NCBI GenBank assembly: GCA_018658955.1
Contig: JABIPM010000040.1
Span: 1 to 41,487 of the forward strand
Source: Candidatus Woesearchaeota archaeon
Lineage (GTDB): Archaea; Nanobdellota; Nanobdellia; SCGC-AAA011-G17; UBA489
Direction of reading: 5' to 3'
DNA: 41,487 nt
The notes under the pieces were generated by a model. The model made no database searches and was not told the DNA's origin. It saw only the letters and a program-made list of their open reading frames with translations. Both the position numbers and the translations under genes were made by a program. This document shows positions 16,764 through 25,210 of this stretch, in pieces. Each line of letters begins with the position of its first letter. The stretch's first letter is position 1.

Positions 16764-17465
16764 ATGATAATAGATAGCCATACCCACCTTGGATTTGAAG
16801 ATATGTACCAAAAACAGAACCCTAGAGAGTTAATTAAGCTAATGGACAGGGCAGGAATAGATAAATCTGTAATATTTCCATTTGGCCCAGTTTTTTCAAA
16901 AAATCAATCTTATCAATCAGAAAACATCAAAATTAGTAAATGTTCAAACAACCCTCGATTCATTACATTCGGGAGAGTGAATCAATTAGCTCCAGATTCT
17001 CTTGAAGAAGTAGAAAGAATTAAAGATTTAGATTTTAAAGGAATAAAAATTCACACAGATGCAGCACCGTTAAACACTTACAGAGATTTAGTAAAAAAGT
17101 TAAATGAGTACTGCCTTCCAATAATGATTCATGCAGGTAACAATGAAAACTCAAATGTTGAGAATTTAAAACATCTCGAATATGAAGGAAATATCATCAT
17201 AGGTCACGGAGGAAAAGATAATATTTCAAAAGCAATTGAATTAGTAAATTCAAGAGATAATTTTTACATTGAAACTTCATTGCTTTCATTAAGTAGAACA
17301 AAAAGGTTAGTTAGACAAGTTAAGGACAAATCCAAAATTCTTTTTGGATCAGATGCTCCCTACGATTTACCAGAATTAGAAGTTAAAAAAATAATGCATG
17401 CTTGCGATCATGATAGGAAATTAGTAAGAGACATATTAGGAAAAAACTTGGAAAAAATACTATGA
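16764..17465 (+). CDS. TIM-barrel metal-dependent hydrolase (amidohydrolase superfamily)
   Basis: 233 aa. N-terminal MIIDSHTHLG is the HxH metal motif. Later ..IMIHAG.., ..IIGHGG.. and ..LFGSDAPY.. supply the His/Asp ligand positions. Confidence 0.7.
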   Translation: MIIDSHTHLGFEDMYQKQNPRELIKLMDRAGIDKSVIFPFGPVFSKNQSYQSENIKISKCSNNPRFITFGRVNQLAPDSLEEVERIKDLDFKGIKIHTDAAPLNTYRDLVKKLNEYCLPIMIHAGNNENSNVENLKHLEYEGNIIIGHGGKDNISKAIELVNSRDNFYIETSLLSLSRTKRLVRQVKDKSKILFGSDAPYDLPELEVKKIMHACDHDRKLVRDILGKNLEKIL

Positions 17466-18553
17466 ATACAAAAACAAAATATAACACTTTAATCTTGACA
17501 AGAGGGAGAGATCTAACTCCTGATTCTACAGAGTTAGCATTAGCATATGAAGCAACAAATAGAAATCATAAAGTTTCTTTTCAAAAACCAGAAAATTTCT
17601 ACGTTAAAAATGGAAAATTATTTGGAATTACTCGCAGGCCAAATGCAGAGACTATAGACTCCTACGAGGCATTTGGACAATACATCCAAAATGAAACTTT
17701 CATGAAACGAGAAAATCTCCCATTAGAAGAATTTGATATTATTTTTTCAAGAGTAGCATATAGAAATCCGGATGAAAAAAGAGAATTTGAAAATATGTGT
17801 ATTTATTTATCTTCATTAGAATCTTTAAATCCTAAAGTTACAATGGTAAATTCTCCATTAGGTATGTTGATGGCGGGAGCAAAAATTTACGAAACACTTA
17901 ATCTGAAAACTTACATGCCAGAAACACACATCACTAAAGATTCTAAACGTCTTGAAACTTTGATGAAGGAAGCGGCAAGAGACAACCAAGGAATTATTGG
18001 AAAACCTATTGATGGGATGGGTGGAAGCGGAGTTATTGAAATTCCTCCTGCTGGTTACAGAGGATTAAGGACTTTAGCAGAAGTACTAGTTGAACCTTTA
18101 GAAAGTACTTCTTCAATTCCTGCAATTATTCAATCAAAATTAGAAGGTGTAGATCGTAGAATTTTAATAATGGGCGAAGAAATTCTTGGAGCATATAAAA
18201 GAGTCCCTGCTGAAGAAGAGATAAGGGCAAATATTCATTTAGGCGGAACGGTTCAAGCTTATGAGTTACAAGATATCGATAGAATGATTGTAAGTTATGT
18301 TGCAGAAAAAATCAAAAAAGATGGATTATATTTTTGTGGATTAGACATTATGGGTCCAGAAGAGGACGGAACACTTGAGAATACTAGGATGCTAGAACTA
18401 AATGTAAGGTGCCCAGGTTCAATTAGAAGTTTAGAGTCTTTAGCTGAATCCTATCATGAAAAAACAGAAATTAGAAATGCAGCAGCAAGCAAGATAATAA
18501 GGTATGCTGAAAATCTACATGAAAATAAGCTGTCTTTATTAGCTCAAGAGTAA
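17462..18553 (+). CDS. GshB-like ATP-grasp ligase (glutathione synthetase / RimK superfamily)
   Basis: 363 aa. GKPIDGMGGSGVIEI, RILIMGEEILGAYKRVPAEEEIRANIHLGGTVQAYEL and YFCGLDIMG...LELNVRCPGSIRSLE parallel the remembered E. coli GshB blocks (..HRGNLAAGG.., ..GLDIIG..TEINVTSP..). The start overlaps the upstream stop (ATGA). Confidence 0.7.
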   Translation: MNTKTKYNTLILTRGRDLTPDSTELALAYEATNRNHKVSFQKPENFYVKNGKLFGITRRPNAETIDSYEAFGQYIQNETFMKRENLPLEEFDIIFSRVAYRNPDEKREFENMCIYLSSLESLNPKVTMVNSPLGMLMAGAKIYETLNLKTYMPETHITKDSKRLETLMKEAARDNQGIIGKPIDGMGGSGVIEIPPAGYRGLRTLAEVLVEPLESTSSIPAIIQSKLEGVDRRILIMGEEILGAYKRVPAEEEIRANIHLGGTVQAYELQDIDRMIVSYVAEKIKKDGLYFCGLDIMGPEEDGTLENTRMLELNVRCPGSIRSLESLAESYHEKTEIRNAAASKIIRYAENLHENKLSLLAQE

Positions 18554-18562
18554 TCCACTAAT

Positions 18563-18570
18563 TTTATAAA
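18563..18570 (+). promoter_or_regulatory. TATA box for tRNA-Leu
   Basis: tttataaa ends 25 nt upstream of tRNA position 1. The same geometry is seen at the other tRNA genes here. Confidence 0.5.
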
Positions 18571-18594
18571 CCGTTCAAGAGCCTAAATCTTTGC

Positions 18595-18680
18595 GTGGGT
18601 GTCCCATAGTCTGGTCAATTGGGCAGGACTTAAGATCCTGTGGCTTAGTGCCTACGAAGGTTCGAATCCTTCCACCCACA
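18595..18680 (+). tRNA. tRNA-Leu (anticodon UAA), long variable arm
   Basis: Manual fold. Acceptor GTGGGTG/CACCCAC, anticodon stem CAGGA/TCCTG with loop CTTAAGA, a 15-nt variable arm (GGC..GCC stem), T arm GAAGG-TTCGAAT-CCTTC, discriminator A. Confidence 0.9.
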
Positions 18681-18684
18681 GTTT

Positions 18685-19014
18685 TTACCTATTATCGCCA
18701 GTACCGTTAACTTTGTTCCTCTTAATCCTACTAGTTATCTTTTCCAGATTAATTTTAGCAACTTCATCTAACTCAAAGTTTAATTCACTACATAAATTTG
18801 AAAGATACCATAGAACATCTCCTAATTCTTTTCCGATAGCCTCTCTGGCCTCCGGACTAACCTTTCCCTTACAGTCTCTAAATATTTTTTTTACTTTTTC
18901 AGCAACTTCTCCAGATTCTCCACAAAGACCCATCGTAGGATATGAAAGATTTTTCCCCACGTTTGGATAACTGGCAGTGCTTCTGGCAAGTTTTTGATAT
19001 CTGTTTAGTCTCAT
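18685..19014 (-). CDS. MazG-like nucleoside triphosphate pyrophosphohydrolase (small all-alpha NTP-PPase)
   Basis: 109 aa. ..MGLCGESGEVAEKVKKIFRD... and ...IGKELGDVLWYLSNLCSELNFELDEVAKINLEKI give the EXXE...E(L)GD(V)LWY pattern of MazG-type enzymes. Confidence 0.75.
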   Translation of the reverse strand: MRLNRYQKLARSTASYPNVGKNLSYPTMGLCGESGEVAEKVKKIFRDCKGKVSPEAREAIGKELGDVLWYLSNLCSELNFELDEVAKINLEKITSRIKRNKVNGTGDNR

Positions 19015-19081
19015 ATGAGTAATTTCATTATTTAATTAATAAGAATTTATCAATCTTAACCTAGATAATTCCTCCCAATAC

Positions 19082-19090
19082 TTTTAAAAA
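19082..19090 (+). promoter_or_regulatory. TATA box for tRNA-Thr(GGU)
   Basis: ttttaaaaa is centred about 30 nt upstream of tRNA position 1 (19116). Confidence 0.5.
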
Positions 19091-19115
19091 AGAAAATCAT
19101 CATGAATAAAACAGC

Positions 19116-19187
19116 GCCACCGTAGCTCAGTGGTAGAGCACTACATTGGTAATGTAGAGGTCGCGAGTTCAAGTCTCGTCGGTGGCT
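19116..19187 (+). tRNA. tRNA-Thr (anticodon GGU)
   Basis: Acceptor GCCACCG/CGGTGGC, D arm GCTC-AGTGGTA-GAGC, anticodon stem CTACA/TGTAG with loop TTGGTAA, T arm GCGAG-TTCAAGT-CTCGT, discriminator T. Confidence 0.9.
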
Positions 19188-19193
19188 TCTTAT

Positions 19194-19211
19194 CGTACTT
19201 ACCGTACTTAC
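19194..19211. repeat. Perfect tandem 9-mer (cgtacttac x2) immediately 3' of tRNA-Thr(GGU)
   Basis: Read directly from the sequence: cgtacttac at 19194-19202 and again at 19203-19211. Confidence 0.9.
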
Positions 19212-19271
19212 TCCTCGTCCGCCAAAACTATATCAAACAGTTCTAACTTATTTCTCCAAGGAGGAAACCCC

Positions 19272-19376
19272 ATGAAGCAGCCAAAAAGGTCAAAAACCAA
19301 GATGGACCAGTATATCAAAAAAACGCATGATAACTGGTCTGTATTAGAAGATTTTGGAATATATTTTTTGCAGTAG
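19272..19376 (+). CDS. Possible 34-aa micro-ORF with a strong Shine-Dalgarno
   Basis: GGAGG at 19260-19264 lies 7 nt upstream of the ATG. The product is MKQPKRSKTKMDQYIKKTHDNWSVLEDFGIYFLQ. The longer track ORF (19182) would begin inside the tRNA and is unlikely. Confidence 0.25.
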   Translation: MKQPKRSKTKMDQYIKKTHDNWSVLEDFGIYFLQ

Positions 19377-19450
19377 TATATATCCAAATTTTTTCTTTTT
19401 TCTTTTTAACAACATTTAAAAGCAAGTACAGCCAATAAACTAACATATTA

Positions 19451-19759
19451 ATGGAGGCTTACACAATGAGCAAAGATCTAAAAGACATAATCTCAGAAGA
19501 AAATTACGGAACATCAAGTAATCTGGAACGAGAAAAATATAATGGAACTCAATTACCTAGGCCTTCAAATTACACCGAAGATTTAAAATTTCAAGCAGAT
19601 TTACAAGATGGAATTACTGAATTTCTAAATGATATTGGTTATGATCCATTAACAGATGATGTACAATACCAAGACACTTTATCACCAAATGATGAATTAG
19701 ACATCTTGCACGGAAAAACCTATCATATAGAATCCGGAAGTAAAAGTACTAATTATTAA
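19451..19759 (+). CDS. Hypothetical acidic 102-aa protein
   Basis: ORF rich in D/E/Y/T, convergent with the sigma-like gene (stops 12 nt apart). No family was recognised. Confidence 0.45.
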   Translation: MEAYTMSKDLKDIISEENYGTSSNLEREKYNGTQLPRPSNYTEDLKFQADLQDGITEFLNDIGYDPLTDDVQYQDTLSPNDELDILHGKTYHIESGSKSTNY

Positions 19760-19770
19760 CTTGAATTACC

Positions 19771-20361
19771 TCAAAGGTAATTCTTTCTTTCCATTCTTTC
19801 TCTTATATTTTTCATAGTTATCGAAACGTATGTGCGAGACTTATCCAACACCTCAGCAATTTCTATATTTTTATAACCTAAAAGTTTCATATCTACTGAC
19901 AGTAGTTTGGAATAATTTAATCCATAAACTAAATCATCTAATGTTTCTTTGGCACAAACCATATCAAATCCCGAGTGGGCGCGCTTATCTTCAAACCGAT
20001 AATCTCCATTTTCAGAATTAAATTCCTCAGAGTTTATATTTGTAGAATATGTTTGAGGTTTGTTTTCTAATCTCATATATTTTCTTAAAACATTTCTGAT
20101 TCCAAATTGCATATGCATGCTTGCAAATTTTCTAAAATTTAGTCCACTATATTCCCTGTATTTACGTGTAGCCATAAGTAATCCCTCAATGGCACTATCA
20201 TAAAATTCATCCTCTGAAATTTTATAGAATTTTCGACCATATTTTTGAGAAATATTTTCTGCTAAATTCAATAAATAATCTTCATCATTTTCTATTCTTT
20301 CTCTATTTTCCAATGTAAGGATCTTATCCTTTATTCTTTCCATACTTGCCTTAGACAACAA
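19771..20361 (-). CDS. Sigma-70-family-like protein (region 2 + region 4 HTH)
   Basis: 196 aa. DSAIEGLLMATRKYREYSGLNFRKFASMHMQFGIRNVLRKY parallels sigma region 2 (D..QEG..GL..A...F....G..FSTYA..WIRQ.I.R). LSVDMKLLGYKNIEIAEVLDKSRTYVSITMKNIRERMERK parallels the region 4 HTH. Confidence 0.6.
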   Translation of the reverse strand: MLSKASMERIKDKILTLENRERIENDEDYLLNLAENISQKYGRKFYKISEDEFYDSAIEGLLMATRKYREYSGLNFRKFASMHMQFGIRNVLRKYMRLENKPQTYSTNINSEEFNSENGDYRFEDKRAHSGFDMVCAKETLDDLVYGLNYSKLLSVDMKLLGYKNIEIAEVLDKSRTYVSITMKNIRERMERKNYL

Positions 20362-20422
20362 CTCTTAATATTATTATTGGTTTTTCAGATACTCTTAAAA
20401 ATCCAAATTTCAAAGTAAAACT

Positions 20423-20911
20423 ATGAAAAATTTCAAAGAAAACTACAAATTATTACAAGAAAAATACAGTTTACCTTCATATGAAGAATTAGATAAAAAC
20501 TTCGAAATCTTAAATTCAGAAGAAAAAGTAGAATTATCATTCCCTTTAGCATTAGTAAGAAGAAGAATGTGCGAGAAACTATCTTGGATATCTTCAGGAA
20601 TTCAAACAATCATTCAACCGAATCCATCTTCACTAGTTAGTATAGAAGAGTCTTCATTTTTCACAAAAGAAGAAAAGAAGGAAGAGTTAATCAAACTATT
20701 AAAAGAATTAATGCATCTAGTAAGATCTTCAGTAGACTTAGATATAGAAAATTCAGAAGAAAAAGATGCAATTAATATTAATGAAACTTTCAAAAAATGG
20801 ACTGAACTAAAACCTAAAATAAAAGAATTTAGTAAAAAGATGAAAGATGGTTGGAAAAAAGAAACAAAAGTTACTAAAAAACCAAAAACCACTCACAATT
20901 ACTTGGGTTAG
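20423..20911 (+). CDS. Hypothetical K/E-rich 162-aa protein, first gene of the pilus-like locus
   Basis: ORF 61 nt from the divergent sigma-like gene, followed on the same strand by the pilin genes. No family was recognised. Confidence 0.5.
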   Translation: MKNFKENYKLLQEKYSLPSYEELDKNFEILNSEEKVELSFPLALVRRRMCEKLSWISSGIQTIIQPNPSSLVSIEESSFFTKEEKKEELIKLLKELMHLVRSSVDLDIENSEEKDAININETFKKWTELKPKIKEFSKKMKDGWKKETKVTKKPKTTHNYLG

Positions 20912-20948
20912 CCAAAACCTTAATAAATTTAGATTCGACCTTATAATT

Positions 20949-21548
20949 ATGAAAAAGGGACAGGTGTATCTTCTAGCAGTAATTATTATGGGATTTCTAA
21001 TCTACACAATGTTAACTCCCGTAAACTTTCTAAAAACTTCAGAGATAGAAGACGATTTTCAAGAAATTTCTAAAAATTATCAATTAGAAAGTGCAAAACT
21101 TCTAAATGAATTATTAAACACTCAAAACGTAAATCAAAATTTTGTAGAAGAAAGATTTCTTAATTTCACTGTTGCATTTACTTCATACTCCAAATCAAAG
21201 AATCCTAACTTTGGATTAGTTTATGCATTTCCATTTAACAACAAAGTTTTTTTAGGAAATTATGCAGATTCACCCCTAAATTATTCATCTACTGATCAAA
21301 TAGTGGGATGTCTTTCGGATGTAACTGCTTCAATATCTTTTGCGGGATTAAACATATCTTCTCCAAATATAGATGTGGATAACTACAGGCAATGTATAAA
21401 TTCAACAACTTACCCTCAAGAGGATAAACTAATATTAACTTTAGACGGTTTAGAATATCCTTTTACTTTAACATCCTCAAGTTCAAACTTAGTAATAATC
21501 AACAAAGAAAGCATTGAAGGAAATACTAAAATATTCATAAGTGAATAA
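20949..21548 (+). CDS. Prepilin-like protein (class III signal peptide)
   Basis: The internal ATG of track ORF 20847 gives MKKG|QVYLLAVIIMGFLIYTML. That is a short basic N-terminus, Gly, then a hydrophobic helix. Confidence 0.6.
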   Translation: MKKGQVYLLAVIIMGFLIYTMLTPVNFLKTSEIEDDFQEISKNYQLESAKLLNELLNTQNVNQNFVEERFLNFTVAFTSYSKSKNPNFGLVYAFPFNNKVFLGNYADSPLNYSSTDQIVGCLSDVTASISFAGLNISSPNIDVDNYRQCINSTTYPQEDKLILTLDGLEYPFTLTSSSSNLVIINKESIEGNTKIFISE

Positions 21549-21583
21549 AAAAACTAATAAACCAAATAAATCACTATAATAAC

Positions 21584-22015
21584 ATGCAAAATAACAAAAG
21601 AGGAATCTCGCCAGTAATCAGTTGGATATTAATAATTGGTTTTACCATGACTTTGGCAGGTTTTTCAATGACCTGGATGAGAGAAACAGCATCAACAACA
21701 TCTGAAAAAATGGTAGATAATATAGGCACCGATTTAGAATGTGGAGATGTTTCAATAAATGCATATAACACTTCAGGAAGCTGTGCAAAGATAAATATCA
21801 CTAACAAGGGATTTTTTACAATTACAGGAGTAAAGTTTAGATCAGGAAAGGGATTAAGCAATATTACCCAAACAATAATTCCAACAACTGAAATAGAAAT
21901 AAGTACTGGGGTAACTAATTTTTTACCAAATAATGAACTCGGAATAATTCCTGAAATATCTTATAAAGATAAAACACTAGTTTGTATAAATAAAGAGATT
22001 AGAATAAAATGTTAA
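21584..22015 (+). CDS. Archaeal type IV pilin / flagellin-N-terminal-domain protein
   Basis: MQNNKRG|ISPVISWILIIGFTMTLAGF matches the archaeal pilin N-terminal motif ([KR]G-[IV]SP[VL]I). Confidence 0.8.
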   Translation: MQNNKRGISPVISWILIIGFTMTLAGFSMTWMRETASTTSEKMVDNIGTDLECGDVSINAYNTSGSCAKINITNKGFFTITGVKFRSGKGLSNITQTIIPTTEIEISTGVTNFLPNNELGIIPEISYKDKTLVCINKEIRIKC

Positions 22016-22464
22016 ACAAAAAAGGAGTTTCACCATTAATCGCAACAAGTATTCTAATTGGATTCGCAGTAGTTATCACCACAATTGCATTTCTTTTTGG
22101 AGGAGAGTTAATCGAAGAGATTCAACAAAAACAAGGAAAGACTTTAACAAAAACAATTCAATGTGATAACATGCATTTCAAAGTTACAGACATTATTAAT
22201 GACGATATTTGGTTATTAAATGATGGGACTACAGATATTCACGCATTCATGTTAAGATATGGGGGAGATGATGCAGAATATATAAATTCTCATTTAAAGA
22301 CTACAATTCCCGAAGGTGGATCAGGAAAAATAACTGCTGCAACCCCTCCAGGGATAGGAGCACTAAAATCATTAACAATTTTTGCTAAAAGTGCTGCAGG
22401 GCCAGAAGGAAGCATAATCTGGGGAACCTGTGGATCTACAGAAACATCTGTAAACTTCCCATAA
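22009..22464 (+). CDS. Archaeal type IV pilin
   Basis: MLNKKG|VSPLIATSILIGFAVVITTIAF. Overlaps the previous gene by 7 nt. Confidence 0.8.
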   Translation: MLNKKGVSPLIATSILIGFAVVITTIAFLFGGELIEEIQQKQGKTLTKTIQCDNMHFKVTDIINDDIWLLNDGTTDIHAFMLRYGGDDAEYINSHLKTTIPEGGSGKITAATPPGIGALKSLTIFAKSAAGPEGSIIWGTCGSTETSVNFP

Positions 22465-22515
22465 TAGCAAACTTTAAGAATAACTAATAATAAAAATTAA
22501 ACGAGGTAATTAACA

Positions 22516-22980
22516 ATGATTAAAAACAAAAGAGGAATTTCACCATTAATCGCAACAGTTCTATTAATTGGATTCGCAGTAGCTCTGGCGGCTGTAGTAA
22601 TGACTTGGGGTCTAGATTTTATTCAATCAACAGCAGACACAACAGAGCAACAAACTGAAAACACATTAACTTGTGCAACAGAACTTTCTTTCACAATAAC
22701 TAATGTAGATCTTACTAGCGGAGAAGTTACAGTAGATAATCGTGGACAAGTAGATATTAGTTCGGTCACTTTTAGAGTTTATACTGCTACTGGAGTAACA
22801 ACTAATGAAACTATTGAAACCATTGCAAAATTTGAAGTTAAAACATTAACACCTACAATCGGGGGAGATAGTTTAGTAGATTCAACAGTAACTAAAGTTG
22901 AAGCAATCGCAACAGTACCTGGAAGTAATGGACAAGGCGACATAACTTGTTCACAAAATTTACAAAAATATCTAATTTAA
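22516..22980 (+). CDS. Archaeal type IV pilin (candidate major pilin)
   Basis: MIKNKRG|ISPLIATVLLIGFAVALAAVVMTWG. It has its own 51-nt upstream gap with SD-like gaggt, and is followed by a hairpin plus T-run. Confidence 0.8.
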   Translation: MIKNKRGISPLIATVLLIGFAVALAAVVMTWGLDFIQSTADTTEQQTENTLTCATELSFTITNVDLTSGEVTVDNRGQVDISSVTFRVYTATGVTTNETIETIAKFEVKTLTPTIGGDSLVDSTVTKVEAIATVPGSNGQGDITCSQNLQKYLI

Positions 22981-22984
22981 GTTT

Positions 22985-23015
22985 AATGGAGTAATCACTC
23001 CATTTTTTCTTTTTA
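22985..23015 (+). terminator. Hairpin + oligo-T after the candidate major pilin gene
   Basis: aatggagt-aatc-actccatt is an 8-bp stem with a 4-nt loop, running into ttttttcttttt. Confidence 0.5.
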
Positions 23016-23022
23016 TTTTCCT

Positions 23023-23559
23023 ATGACTATTAATTCCAAAGAAAAGCAAGGCCAAATCTGGATATCTGCAATTCTATTTTTATCAATAGGAGTTATGATT
23101 ATTGTATTAATGCTCTCTGCAATTATGCCTGTAGTAGATAGGTTAGCAGACAGAAACACACTTTCTTCAACAAAGAACCTTTTACTTGAAATTGATGAAA
23201 CAATCAAAACAGTTGCAAGAGAGGGACCTGGAAGTCAAAGAAACTTAGATATCACATTAAACAAAGGAGAATTATATTTTCAAAACGACACATATCAAAT
23301 AAAGTGGATCATGGAAACAGAATCAGAATTAATGGAAAAGGGAATAGATATACCTGAAGGAAACATAGTACAACATCTAAATGCTACAAGAGTAGACCAA
23401 ATATCCAATTTAATGCTCTGGATAACTTCAGATAAATACAACACATCAATTAACTCACGGTTCTCTAATCCTTTCACCGGAAAACACACATTAACAGTAA
23501 AACACACGGGAATAATCCTCCTTAATGAGAATCCATTAATTGAACTAAAAATAACTTAA
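23023..23559 (+). CDS. Prepilin-like protein
   Basis: MTINSKEKQG|QIWISAILFLSIGVMIIVLMLSAI has a class III-like N-terminus. Confidence 0.6.
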   Translation: MTINSKEKQGQIWISAILFLSIGVMIIVLMLSAIMPVVDRLADRNTLSSTKNLLLEIDETIKTVAREGPGSQRNLDITLNKGELYFQNDTYQIKWIMETESELMEKGIDIPEGNIVQHLNATRVDQISNLMLWITSDKYNTSINSRFSNPFTGKHTLTVKHTGIILLNENPLIELKIT

Positions 23560-23615
23560 TAAGATACTATTAAAAAAGCCAAAACACAGTATATAATTAT
23601 CAAAACTAGAGGTGT

Positions 23616-25205
23616 ATGGTGGATAATTCAACTAAAAGAGGGTCTTCTGAATCAGTGCCTATTCCGGCAGCAGATTTTGGAATAGAAAAAGTTACAGAGA
23701 TTCCATCCTTGCCAGATTTCTCAGAAAAAAGAAAAATAGATATCAAATATCCTTTAATCAAACCTTATACTTACGCACATATTCATTGGGATGATGATCA
23801 AAAAGAAGTGATTTACGAATTAAAAGAACCTTCCTTAAATCTAAAAGAGAAACATGTTTTAAAAGAATTAGAAAAAGGATTAGAAGAATTAATCAATATC
23901 AGTTTCATCAACATCAAAGATAAAGAAGCAGTTATTTCTTATCTAGAAAAAAATGCAAGAGTGTTATTGGCAGAGTTAGGATTAAAACCCCCAAAAGAAG
24001 TATTTCTAAAATTAATGTATTATATCTACAGGGACTTCGTTGGTTTAAACAGAATTGAAGCATTAATGAATGATTACCATATAGAAGATATTGAATGTAA
24101 TGGTTCAAATTTAGAATTGTACATAGTTCATAGAAAGTATAGAAATTTAAAAACAAATATCACTTTCAAATCAAATGATGAATTAACTTCTTTCGTTGAA
24201 AAACTTTCACAAAAATGCGGAAAATATATTTCATATGCTAGTCCGATTTTAGATGGAAGATTACCCGATAAGAGCAGAGTTAATGCAACATACACTCAAG
24301 ATATTTCTTCAAGAGGTCCAACATTCACAATTCGTAAATTTACTAGTGAGCCTTGGAGCCCAATCAAATTAATAGAAGTAAAAACTGCAAGTCCAGAACT
24401 GTTAGCATACTTATGGCTGCTAATAGAATATGAATCAAACATAGTAATAATCGGTGGAACAGGATCAGGTAAAACTTCATTCCTAAATAGTATAGCGTTC
24501 TTTATACCTCCACAATCAAGAATTGTTTCAATAGAAGATACTCATGAATTAAATTTATTACATACTAACTGGCTACCTTCAGTTTCTCGTGAAGCAACAG
24601 GAGTGGGGGCAGAAGGAAAATTCGGAGAAGTTTCTCTATTCACATTACTTAAGGCAAGTTTTAGGCAAAGACCGGACTATGTTATTGTTGGAGAGATTAG
24701 GGGTCAAGAAGCATTTGTTTTATTCCAGGGAGCTGCATCAGGACATCCAACAATGTGCACTATGCATGCAGAAGATGTTGAAACAATGATTAGAAGGTTA
24801 GAAACACCTCCTATTAGTTTGCCCCCTTCTTTAGTAGAAACTTTAGATGCCGTTTGTGTAATGGCGCAAACAAAAATAAATGGTCAAGAAGTAAGGAGAT
24901 TAAAAAGTGTGACTGAAATATTAAAAGTTGGACAGCAAGTAGGATCATTAGAGAAAAATGTTCCATTTGTTTGGGATCCAAAAACAGATCAATTCTTTTT
25001 CAAAAAACAAAGTGCATTATTTCAAAAATTACAAAGAGAGTTTGGAATGGACGAAAAATCTATTCAAAAAGAATTCCAAAGAAGAACAACCTTGCTTTGG
25101 ACCCTATATAAAAAAGGAATTTCCGGATACTCCGAAGTACAAAAAATAATCAGTGCATATTCAAAAACCCCTAACGAAGTGCTAAGAAGATTTAACATTC
25201 CATAA
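23616..25205 (+). CDS. Type II/IV secretion-family assembly ATPase (archaeal FlaI/PilB-like)
   Basis: 529 aa. Walker A is IIGGTGSGKTSFLNS, Asp/Walker B is RIVSIEDTHEL...RPDYVIVGEIRG, and the His box is GHPTMCTMHA. SD-like gaggtg lies upstream. Confidence 0.9.
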   Translation: MVDNSTKRGSSESVPIPAADFGIEKVTEIPSLPDFSEKRKIDIKYPLIKPYTYAHIHWDDDQKEVIYELKEPSLNLKEKHVLKELEKGLEELINISFINIKDKEAVISYLEKNARVLLAELGLKPPKEVFLKLMYYIYRDFVGLNRIEALMNDYHIEDIECNGSNLELYIVHRKYRNLKTNITFKSNDELTSFVEKLSQKCGKYISYASPILDGRLPDKSRVNATYTQDISSRGPTFTIRKFTSEPWSPIKLIEVKTASPELLAYLWLLIEYESNIVIIGGTGSGKTSFLNSIAFFIPPQSRIVSIEDTHELNLLHTNWLPSVSREATGVGAEGKFGEVSLFTLLKASFRQRPDYVIVGEIRGQEAFVLFQGAASGHPTMCTMHAEDVETMIRRLETPPISLPPSLVETLDAVCVMAQTKINGQEVRRLKSVTEILKVGQQVGSLEKNVPFVWDPKTDQFFFKKQSALFQKLQREFGMDEKSIQKEFQRRTTLLWTLYKKGISGYSEVQKIISAYSKTPNEVLRRFNIP

Positions 25206-25210
25206 TCAAG

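Noticed and set aside
14243-19187. The two tRNA-Thr genes, with near-identical acceptor and D arms, as direct-repeat boundaries of a ~5-kb island.
   Set aside because: They are distinct isoacceptors (CGU versus GGU) with their own structures, not duplicated att sites. The genes between them include ordinary metabolic and membrane genes, and no recombinase is present.
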